In this document: in pieces, positions 16,034 through 24,095 of the stretch
How the letters are laid out: each line of letters begins with the position of its first letter
How positions within the stretch are numbered: position 1 is the stretch's first letter
NCBI GenBank assembly: GCA_964426185.1
Contig: CAYRPF010000028.1
Coordinates: forward strand, 3,194 to 35,193
Direction: 5' to 3'
Length of the DNA stretch: 32,000 nucleotides
DNA from: an uncultured archaeon
Lineage (GTDB): Archaea > Asgardarchaeota > Lokiarchaeia > Sigyniarchaeales > Promethearchaeaceae
The notes under the pieces: generated by a model
Seen by the model: only the letters and a program-made list of their open reading frames with translations
Databases searched by the model: none
Told to the model about the DNA's origin: nothing
Made by a program: the position numbers and the translations under genes

Positions 16034-18013
16034 TTATAACCCCCCTTGTAGCTTATTATTAACAAACTCTGCTACTTGATTTCCAGGAAGTGCATGATTA
16101 ATCTTTCTCATAATTATACCGATTAATTGATTCGATTTATAATTCAATATATCTTCTTTTGATAAATGCTTTAGAACTTCTTTTTTCTTCGATTTAGCTT
16201 CAAAATTTTTGTAAACTTCTAAAGCATATAGGTATTCTTGTTCCAACTGTTCCTCAGACAAATCTTTTGTGCCGAATGCTTCTAATAATTGATCTAAAGT
16301 TAGTTCTGGATGATTCAAGGTAGAAATGACTAAATTGGGCAATATTGACCAATCAAAGTTCTTATCTTGTGCGCCCTTTAATAACTCGATAATTTTCTCA
16401 TCAGAAAGCTTATCGATTTTTATACCATCCCGTTTTAAGCCCAATAAACTATCTTCTAAGAAGTAATATGCTCGTTTAATGGGAATTTTATGTTCATTAA
16501 CTAAGTTTTCAAAAAGAATAATATGATCATGTCGAATTAGCTGTGTCAATTGATCGAAAGTTATTCTTGATTTTCCACAATACATTTTTTCATATTCCCA
16601 CGGCCGTTTTCCTACTTTAACCACCAATTTTGAAATCGCTTCCATATCCATATCTAGGACAGGTGTATCAGTATCTGGATACAATCGCTCTTTTCCATGA
16701 ATTACTCGGAGAAATTCGGAATTTCCATTAGGCAAAGCACGGCGAGTTTCTTGAGGTACTCCATCAAAGGCTATTTTAATGCGTTCAATTACCTTTTTCA
16801 TGGCGTGAATTGCCCATTTTTGAGAACCTAAAGCCAAAACATAAGCATCTTCACCGGAACAACTCAAGGTTTTAGCGATTTCTTGACGACGATTTTGATC
16901 TATTAATGGTTTAAAGAAATTTCCTTGTGAATTAATGGGGGAATTAAACATATCTGAATGATAAAGATTCCAAATGGGAATACCACTGATAAGCGAAGCT
17001 TTCTCCAAAATATCTTGGCCAAAATCTTTTCCTGGCTGTTCTTCCTTTCCTAGTATTCCAGCTAATTTAGGTAGTCGAATTCCCATCACAATGGAATTTT
17101 CGGGAATATCTTGGAAATGATGGGTAATATCTATGTAAGTGTGCTCAAAATTATCCTTTTTTAAACCTCTTTGCTGAAGTTCTTGTGCAATTTCAATTAG
17201 GGTCTCTTGACGGCACACCTCATATCGGCAGAGCTTCTCAAAATTATCTAAATCTTGCACTCCTTTTAATTCAACTCGATCTCCTCCAGTAATACTGATA
17301 TTTACATCTTGGCGAACAGTTCCGATTCCTCTGCGCCCGATTCCGCTTAATCGTAAAACAAGACCAATAGTTTTAGCGGTTTTAATTAATTCTGCAGGAT
17401 TGGAAACATCTCGATGATCAGTAATTACTTCAACTAAAGGAATGCCTAGACGATCTAAGTTGTAATAAACTGTTCTGCCATTATTTTCCGTTTTAATTTT
17501 ACGTGCACTGTCTTCTTCCACTGTAAGATTGGTGATCTTTACTTTTTTGCCATCCACCTCTACCCAACCATCACGAGCAACAATAGTAGTCCGTTGAAAA
17601 CCGGTAGTGATGCTTCCATCAAGATACTGCTTTCGGGCAAAAATAATTTCATCCACCATAGCTTGACAGTTCAACCAATGAGCGAGTTCATATCCTCTCA
17701 TCAAAGCCTCTACATCCGGATGCATGGGCGGCTGTTCATCTTGTTCATAAATACAATCGCATTTTTCAAAAGCATGATAGATCACCCGATACCCTTTCTC
17801 ATATTCAATGAGCATCCCAGGATCGAAGTCACCCATTTCACCCAACACTGGTCGAAAGTATCGTTCAAAGCGATAATCTGGTTTTGTTGAATTTGGGATC
17901 ATAATTGGGGGGCAATGGCAGAAAAGTTTGCGTTTTGAGTTAATTTGATGATGGATTTCTAAACCAGCATGAAACCCAATTTTTTGAAAATCAATATTAT
18001 TTGGATCTAGCAT
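16034..18013 (-). CDS. gatE: Glu-tRNA(Gln) amidotransferase subunit E, copy 1 (more diverged)
   Basis: GLEIHHQI, KLFCHCP, DGSITTGFQRT, EEDSAR, LDRLGIPLVE, RQDVNISI, ELKGVQ, VPQETR and RLYPDTD. Confidence 0.93.
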   Translation of the reverse strand: MLDPNNIDFQKIGFHAGLEIHHQINSKRKLFCHCPPIMIPNSTKPDYRFERYFRPVLGEMGDFDPGMLIEYEKGYRVIYHAFEKCDCIYEQDEQPPMHPDVEALMRGYELAHWLNCQAMVDEIIFARKQYLDGSITTGFQRTTIVARDGWVEVDGKKVKITNLTVEEDSARKIKTENNGRTVYYNLDRLGIPLVEVITDHRDVSNPAELIKTAKTIGLVLRLSGIGRRGIGTVRQDVNISITGGDRVELKGVQDLDNFEKLCRYEVCRQETLIEIAQELQQRGLKKDNFEHTYIDITHHFQDIPENSIVMGIRLPKLAGILGKEEQPGKDFGQDILEKASLISGIPIWNLYHSDMFNSPINSQGNFFKPLIDQNRRQEIAKTLSCSGEDAYVLALGSQKWAIHAMKKVIERIKIAFDGVPQETRRALPNGNSEFLRVIHGKERLYPDTDTPVLDMDMEAISKLVVKVGKRPWEYEKMYCGKSRITFDQLTQLIRHDHIILFENLVNEHKIPIKRAYYFLEDSLLGLKRDGIKIDKLSDEKIIELLKGAQDKNFDWSILPNLVISTLNHPELTLDQLLEAFGTKDLSEEQLEQEYLYALEVYKNFEAKSKKKEVLKHLSKEDILNYKSNQLIGIIMRKINHALPGNQVAEFVNNKLQGGL

Positions 18014-18022
18014 TATTATTCA

Positions 18023-18085
18023 CAAAAACCACTAAACTGAATTATTTGAGTTAAGAACGGAACCTTTTTGAAGTCGTGGTTTTTG
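18023..18085. promoter_or_regulatory. 10-bp perfect inverted repeat in the gatE1 5' region
   Basis: CAAAAACCAC (18023-18032) and GTGGTTTTTG (18076-18085). Confidence 0.4.
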
Positions 18086-18112
18086 CAAGGAGCACGGGAA
18101 GAAAATGGGATG

Positions 18113-18523
18113 TTAACATAATTGAAATTCAGAAAATTTCGTGTTGATTAATACATCTATCTTCTTTTTAAGCAAGTCTACATCGAAATTTGAAACATTA
18201 AGGATACCTTTATTCTCTATATAAATCGTAGTGGCGATCTCCCTCAATCTTTTTAAATCACAATTATCCTTTAAATAGAAGACGAAATAGATGGCTTTTT
18301 TCTGAAAATATAAATTTTTGGCAATCACAACCATATAGGTTAGATCTACACCAGAACCGAATGAAATGGTGGCTATATCTTGATGAAAGAGTTTTTGTCC
18401 CAAACTTCCTATAGCCGAAACCATTCCGCTAAGAAGCACACCATTAATTTCGGGAAATCCTGCGAATGTGCGTGTAAAAAAAGGAAATCCTCGTGAATCA
18501 CAAATTTGTAGGCATAAAATCAT
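18113..18523 (-). CDS. Longin/roadblock-like small domain protein (Asgard eukaryotic-signature type)
   Basis: LQICDSRGFPFFTRTF, then LLSGMVSAIGSLGQKLF, then beta strands and a C-terminal helix; 136 aa. Confidence 0.65.
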   Translation of the reverse strand: MILCLQICDSRGFPFFTRTFAGFPEINGVLLSGMVSAIGSLGQKLFHQDIATISFGSGVDLTYMVVIAKNLYFQKKAIYFVFYLKDNCDLKRLREIATTIYIENKGILNVSNFDVDLLKKKIDVLINTKFSEFQLC

Positions 18524-18643
18524 AAAATCTCTAAGAGATTAAAGGAAACGCACCCAAATTAATTTAATCGATTTGGAAGCATTAAAAATGAAGCATTTAT
18601 TCGGAATATCAAATTATAAAAATTTTTGACACCTTTAGTTCAT

Positions 18644-20635
18644 ATGGGAAAATCGATAGACTATGCCGCAGTCGGGCTTAAATGTGGGATTGAAATCCAC
18701 CAACAATTGAATTCTGCCACTAAACTCTTTTGTGCTTGCCCAAATCAACTACAAGGCACCCGAGATCCAGATTTCAGAATTTTAAGAAAACAAAGACCAG
18801 TTTTAGGGGAAGAAGGGAAATTTGACGAAGGTATGCTGTCTGAATTTTTGAAAGGTGGTTCAGTCATTTACGAAGGATATTATGATTGCACCTGCACTTA
18901 CGAACTTGATGAAACTCCTCCGTTTGCATGCGATGAAGAATGCATTGATATTGCACTGGAGATTTGTGCGCTTTTTAAAATGGATATCGTCAGAGAAATG
19001 CATGTATGTCGAAAAAATTATGTAGATGGAAGTGTGCCGGCTGGGTTCCAGAGAACCATGGAAATCGGCCAAAATGGCAGATTAACCTTAAAAAACGGGG
19101 AAGAAATCGGAATTGAAAATATATTTTTAGAAGAAGATGCCGCCCGTCGAATAAAAACTGAAGGAAAAATCTCATATTTTCGAGTTGATCGATTAGGAAT
19201 TCCTTTGGTCGAAATAACTACTACTCCAGACATCCATGATCCAGAAGATGCACGAGAAACGGCCTATCGCATTGGTTTATTATTGCGTTCCACAAACAAA
19301 GTCAAAAATATAATTGGTTCCACTCGTCAAGATATAAATGTCTCGATTGCAGGAGGAAAACGTATAGAAATTAAGGGTGTCCAGAAATTAGATTGGATAC
19401 CGTTATTAATCCAGAATGAAGTTCTCCGACAGCAGAAACTGATTGAAATTAAGGACAAATTGAAGCAAAAATCATTCTCAGCCACAGATATCAAGAACAA
19501 ACCCGTGGATTTAACCAATGTTTTTCAAAAAACCAATTGCAAATTTGTTAAAGCAGGGATAAAACGAAAAGAAAAATTAATAGGTTTGAAAATTCCTGGT
19601 TTTAAAGGCATATTTGGAACGGAAGTCCTACCAAATCGTCGATTCGGAACAGAAGTTGCCGATAAAGTAAAAGTAATTACTGGTTTAAAGGGTCTTATTC
19701 ATTCAGACGAACCATTAATTGAGAAATATCAGTTTTCTGAAGAAGAAATAGAACAAGCTAATCAAAAATTGGAAATTAATGAGGGAGATCTATTTATCTT
19801 ATTACTCGCAAAAGGAAAAGCTTTAGAAACCGCCCTTAATGTGATTATTGAACGTTGTAAACAAGCATACATCGGTGTTCCTGAAGAGACTAGGCAAGCC
19901 CAAGAAGATGGTATTCATGTTTTTCTGAGGGAATTGGGAGGCGAAAAAAGGTTATATCCAGATACAGATACTCCTCCAATAATCCTTTCTGAAAATCGTA
20001 TCAATGCCTTTGAAGATAAGTTACCTCTTTATCCATGGGATGTCATTAAGATTTACTCTAAAAAATATCAGCTCGAAGAATTTCTCATTGAAGATTTAAT
20101 AATGACGGGTAAACTTCCGCTATTTGATGAGTTAATTACAAAGTATCCTGATAATCCCATGTTAATTGTCCGAGCCATAACCGATATGGTTAAAGTTTTA
20201 CATCGCGAAGAAAAAGATACTAATAATTTGCACCCCAATCATTATCATCAAATATTTAAGGGTTTAAAGGAGGAAATCATTGCAAAAGAAGCTATTCAGA
20301 AAATACTACGGGTCTGGTGTGATGAGCCTAATTTACCTTTAACTCGAGCGAAAGCTAAAGCGGGAGTTCAATCGGTAAATGAGTCAAAATTAGACGAAAT
20401 TATTACAGATCTCGTTAGGAAAAATCAAGATCTTATCAAATCACGAGGACGGGGAGCAGTGGGGCCATTAATGGGTGATTTAATGAAGATTGTGGGTAGA
20501 GGGTCGATAGATGGGAAAATTTTATCATCCAAATTAAGCCAAGCAATCAGTAAAATCCTCCCAAATTCTCAAACAACTCCAAAGAAGAAAAAGGAAAAAA
20601 AAAATACTACAAAATCAAAGAAGGTGAAAAACTAA
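18644..20635 (+). CDS. gatE: Glu-tRNA(Gln) amidotransferase subunit E, copy 2
   Basis: GIEIHQQL, KLFCACP, DGSVPAGFQRT, LEEDAAR, VDRLGIPLVE, RQDINVSI, EIKGVQ, VPEETR and a YqeY-like GPLMGDLM tail; ATG 18644. Confidence 0.95.
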   Translation: MGKSIDYAAVGLKCGIEIHQQLNSATKLFCACPNQLQGTRDPDFRILRKQRPVLGEEGKFDEGMLSEFLKGGSVIYEGYYDCTCTYELDETPPFACDEECIDIALEICALFKMDIVREMHVCRKNYVDGSVPAGFQRTMEIGQNGRLTLKNGEEIGIENIFLEEDAARRIKTEGKISYFRVDRLGIPLVEITTTPDIHDPEDARETAYRIGLLLRSTNKVKNIIGSTRQDINVSIAGGKRIEIKGVQKLDWIPLLIQNEVLRQQKLIEIKDKLKQKSFSATDIKNKPVDLTNVFQKTNCKFVKAGIKRKEKLIGLKIPGFKGIFGTEVLPNRRFGTEVADKVKVITGLKGLIHSDEPLIEKYQFSEEEIEQANQKLEINEGDLFILLLAKGKALETALNVIIERCKQAYIGVPEETRQAQEDGIHVFLRELGGEKRLYPDTDTPPIILSENRINAFEDKLPLYPWDVIKIYSKKYQLEEFLIEDLIMTGKLPLFDELITKYPDNPMLIVRAITDMVKVLHREEKDTNNLHPNHYHQIFKGLKEEIIAKEAIQKILRVWCDEPNLPLTRAKAKAGVQSVNESKLDEIITDLVRKNQDLIKSRGRGAVGPLMGDLMKIVGRGSIDGKILSSKLSQAISKILPNSQTTPKKKKEKKNTTKSKKVKN

Positions 20636-20636
20636 G

Positions 20637-22025
20637 ATGACTAGCCAAACTCAAGAATTTTACAGTGGTTATAAGCCTCAAACCATTAAAATTATGCAAA
20701 AATTTGATGTAAAGATTTGGGATCGAATTGAAATTACCACCTCCAAAGGAAAAGCCCAAGGTGTGGTTCTTCCCCGCAATAAATTTGCCCCCGATGGTTT
20801 TATTGAAATAAAACTCAAAAATGGATACAATATTGGTATTCCTGTGGATGAATCTTCTAATATCAAAGTATTGGGAACTGTGCCTCCGATGAAAGTATCA
20901 TTTGAACAAAAAACTCTTCCACACAACAAAAAACTTCCCACAGTAAAATTAATTGGGACGGGAGGGACAATCGCTTCCCGCTTGGATTATACTACAGGTG
21001 CGGTAATTCCCGCATTTGAACCAGGAGAATTATTTACTGCAGTGCCAGAATTAGCTGAGATCAGTAATATAGAGACTGAGGTGGTATTTCAACTTCTTTC
21101 GGAGAATTTATCCCCCCAGAACTGGCTTGAATTGGCAAAAAAAATTGTTTCTATAGCGAAATCGGAAATTGATGGAATCATAATTGCTCATGGAACCGAT
21201 ACTTTAAGTTTCACGGCCGCAGCTTTATCCTTTTTGTTAAAAAATGTTTCTATTCCAATTGTACTGGTTGGATCCCAGCGCTCAAGCGATCGACCTTCTT
21301 CAGATGCTGCCTTAAACTTGATTAATGCCGTAAAAGTTGCTAGTGAAGCCAATTTAGGAGAAGTCGTTGTCTGTATGTTGGGTTCATCAGCGCATGATTA
21401 CGGTTTTATTCACCGGGGTACCAGAGTTCGTAAGATGCATTCATCCGCGCGCCACACTTTTCGATCGATTGGAGCATCTCCTCTGGGGATGGTACGAAAT
21501 CAGATAATTACCTATTTTAGTCCTGATTATAATCCCAGAAATAAGAATAATCTCAGTAAAATGGATTTTTGGCCGAAAATTGAAGATAAAGTGGCTTTAA
21601 TTTATTCACATCCTGGTATGCAAAGCGATGTTTTAGATTTTTATATCAATAACGGATATAAGGGCATTGTTTTTGCTGGTTCAGGATTAGGACATTTACC
21701 AAAAACGATGTTTCCTGCTTTGAAGCGGGCGCAGCAAGCTGAAATTCCCGTTCTAATGACTGTCCAAACTATTTGGGGTTATACTGGAATGGATGTGTAT
21801 GAAAGTGGTCGAGAATTACTGGAATTGGGGGTAATTCCCGGAAAAAATATGTTACCTGAGGTGGCTTTTGCTAAAATGTGCTGGGCTTTGGGAAATTTCG
21901 AAGGATACAATAAGGTTAAAGAAATCTTAACCACCAACATTGCGGGAGAAATCACTCTGGGAGAACCGATGAATGGATTTATGGTGCTACAAGGGGTAGA
22001 AGATAAGATACTACCCTTAAAATAA
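20637..22025 (+). CDS. gatD: Glu-tRNA(Gln) amidotransferase subunit D, copy 2
   Basis: GTGGTIASRLDY, HGTDT, GSQRSSDRPSSD and RKMHSS motifs; starts 1 nt after the gatE2 stop, with an AAGGTGA SD inside gatE2. Confidence 0.95.
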   Translation: MTSQTQEFYSGYKPQTIKIMQKFDVKIWDRIEITTSKGKAQGVVLPRNKFAPDGFIEIKLKNGYNIGIPVDESSNIKVLGTVPPMKVSFEQKTLPHNKKLPTVKLIGTGGTIASRLDYTTGAVIPAFEPGELFTAVPELAEISNIETEVVFQLLSENLSPQNWLELAKKIVSIAKSEIDGIIIAHGTDTLSFTAAALSFLLKNVSIPIVLVGSQRSSDRPSSDAALNLINAVKVASEANLGEVVVCMLGSSAHDYGFIHRGTRVRKMHSSARHTFRSIGASPLGMVRNQIITYFSPDYNPRNKNNLSKMDFWPKIEDKVALIYSHPGMQSDVLDFYINNGYKGIVFAGSGLGHLPKTMFPALKRAQQAEIPVLMTVQTIWGYTGMDVYESGRELLELGVIPGKNMLPEVAFAKMCWALGNFEGYNKVKEILTTNIAGEITLGEPMNGFMVLQGVEDKILPLK

Positions 22026-22123
22026 CTTTTTTTTATTTATTTCACCCTATTACTTCATCCTCATTAGCAATTAGAATAAATCAGAAAAAAGAGTGAGAAG
22101 CAGGAAAAGTGGGAAAAAATGGA

Positions 22124-23422
22124 TTAAGGGGTATTTCGATTCATTACCCTGGGATATGCAATAGTATCTCGAATATGATCTAATTTTCCCACCCAGCGAA
22201 GTAGTCTTTCGATTCCTAAACCAAAACCTGAATGAGGTACGCTTCCGTACCGGCGTAAATCTAAATACCATTGATAATCTTCGATATCTGAGCCGTCTCG
22301 CTTAAGATTAAAGATAATATTGTCAATGTCATCCTCGCGCTGACTGGATCCAATAATTTCACCATAACCTTCAGGTGCTAATAAATCGTTGCATTCCGCG
22401 TATTTCCCATCCAAAGTTTTCATATAAAATGCTTTAATATCTCGAGGAAAATGAGTTATATGAATTGGGGCTGTAAGATCCTCGGTTAAGGCACGTTCGT
22501 GATGGGTTCCAAAATCTTCACCCCACTCGATAGGCACACCCTTATTTTGAATGCGTTCCACAGCTTCATCGTAGCGGATTCGGTCAAATGGTGGTTCGAT
22601 TTTTAATAATTCTTCAGGATCGCGGCCCAATTCCTTCAAATCTCGGGATACTTCCTTAGCTGCGTGATGAATCATGGAAGTAACCAATCCATCTTCCAAA
22701 TTAATTATTCCCTCCAAATCCACAAACGCAGCTTCAGCTTCCAAATGCCAGTATTCTGCCAGATGACGAGTAGTACGAGATTTTTCTGCTCGAAAACTGG
22801 GTGTCAAAGAGTAAACTTTTTGATGAGCAAAAATTAAGGATTCTAAATACAATTGAGCGGATTGAGAAAGATAAGCTGGTTTACCGAAATACTTAATTTC
22901 GAAAAGGGTGCTTCCTCCTTCACAAGAACTTCCTGTAATTATGGGAGGAAACATTTCCCAATAGCCTTGCTCTTTGAAATAAGCCCGAGCACCTTCCAAT
23001 AATGCAGCTTTAACCCGAAAACTACTGGTAAGTTTTTGACTCCGGACCCAAAGATGGCGATTGTCCAAGAGAAAGGCTTCACTTTGATCCTTTGAAATCG
23101 GAAATGGTTCTGCCTGATGAATGAGTTTGTATTCTGAAATTTTTAACTCATATCCGTTTGGTGCTCGTTCATCTGGTTGAATTTTGCCACCTACCCAAAG
23201 TGAAGATTCATACCGAATTCCACAGATATCTTCAAATTTTTCAAGTTTAAAATCTGAAGCTTTGGCAGTGCATTGTAAAATACCCGTTCCGTCTCGAATA
23301 ATTATGAATGCAATTTTCTTACTGTTCCGTTGGCGATATACCCAACCACGGACCCGGACTTCTTTTCCCGCAAATTCTGGTGATATCACTTCTTCAATAC
23401 GATAGAATTTTTTTTCTTCCAT
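22124..23422 (-). CDS. asnS: Asparagine--tRNA ligase
   Basis: OB-fold RGWV...RDGTG, AYLSQSAQLYLE, FRAEKSRTTRHLAE, GEIIGSSQRE and WYLDLRRYGSVPHSGFGLGIER. Confidence 0.95.
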   Translation of the reverse strand: MEEKKFYRIEEVISPEFAGKEVRVRGWVYRQRNSKKIAFIIIRDGTGILQCTAKASDFKLEKFEDICGIRYESSLWVGGKIQPDERAPNGYELKISEYKLIHQAEPFPISKDQSEAFLLDNRHLWVRSQKLTSSFRVKAALLEGARAYFKEQGYWEMFPPIITGSSCEGGSTLFEIKYFGKPAYLSQSAQLYLESLIFAHQKVYSLTPSFRAEKSRTTRHLAEYWHLEAEAAFVDLEGIINLEDGLVTSMIHHAAKEVSRDLKELGRDPEELLKIEPPFDRIRYDEAVERIQNKGVPIEWGEDFGTHHERALTEDLTAPIHITHFPRDIKAFYMKTLDGKYAECNDLLAPEGYGEIIGSSQREDDIDNIIFNLKRDGSDIEDYQWYLDLRRYGSVPHSGFGLGIERLLRWVGKLDHIRDTIAYPRVMNRNTP

Positions 23423-23622
23423 ATATCGTTCACAAGGTAAAATTAAGGTTGCTAATTAACATTTACGAGAAATAATATGAATGGATATTGTGTTCAACAT
23501 TTTTATCGTGACGATCCGATGCATCATTGTACCAAATGGAATTTCACATTCTACTTTTCTCCCCATTTATAGGAATGGAATAATTTTACTTATTTAGAAA
23601 TACCTGGAATCGGGGTGATAAC

Positions 23623-23748
23623 ATGACTCGAAAAAATATGAAAATTTATCGGATCGCCAAAGATTTTGTGGAACAAACTAGCGGAATTGAGCGAGAATTA
23701 GATGATATGAAGAGAAATCTGCACAGGACTTATTTGTTTTTCTTCTAA
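23623..23748 (+). CDS. Candidate 41-aa small protein; not in the ORF track
   Basis: GGGGTGA SD 4 nt before ATG; MTRKNMKIYRIAKDFVEQTSGIERELDDMKRNLHRTYLFFF; lies in an otherwise empty 330-bp gap. Confidence 0.5.
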   Translation: MTRKNMKIYRIAKDFVEQTSGIERELDDMKRNLHRTYLFFF

Positions 23749-23752
23749 TTAT

Positions 23753-24007
23753 TTATATCTTTTTAACCAATTTCATGGTTTTACCACATTTTTCACAGCG
23801 GTAATCTTCTTCAGAAAGTTCTCGTTTGCGGAGTGTCCGTTGATAACCGCATTTTGTTGTGCATTTTAGGTAAAATTTTCTGCGTATTCCTGCAGTTGTT
23901 TTTTTTTTTATGGATATTTTACTTGACTTTTTAGTGGACTTTTTGCTTTTTTTATCTTCAGGCTGTGTTTTAGATTTTACTTTAACACCAAATTTATCCA
24001 AGCTCAT
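23753..24007 (-). CDS. Small Lys-rich protein with a C-terminal Zn ribbon
   Basis: CTTKC...CEKCG motif; very basic N-terminal half. Confidence 0.75.
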   Translation of the reverse strand: MSLDKFGVKVKSKTQPEDKKSKKSTKKSSKISIKKKTTAGIRRKFYLKCTTKCGYQRTLRKRELSEEDYRCEKCGKTMKLVKKI

Positions 24008-24095
24008 GATTATCACAATATGATAATTATTCTAAATAATATTCAAAATGCATCTGTGCTTATTAAGAAGAGCAGAATTTGGGTTTTTTTAAAAA

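Noticed and set aside
14579-22025. GatDE duplication as an assembly artefact or recent inverted repeat
   Set aside because: The two copies differ extensively in protein sequence and length, and I see no long nucleotide identity between them.
22124-23422. Possible non-discriminating AspRS feeding the second amidotransferase
   Set aside because: SQSAQLYLE, SRTTRHLAE, GSSQRE and WYLDLRRYG are AsnRS-type motifs, not AspRS-type (QSPQLYKQ).
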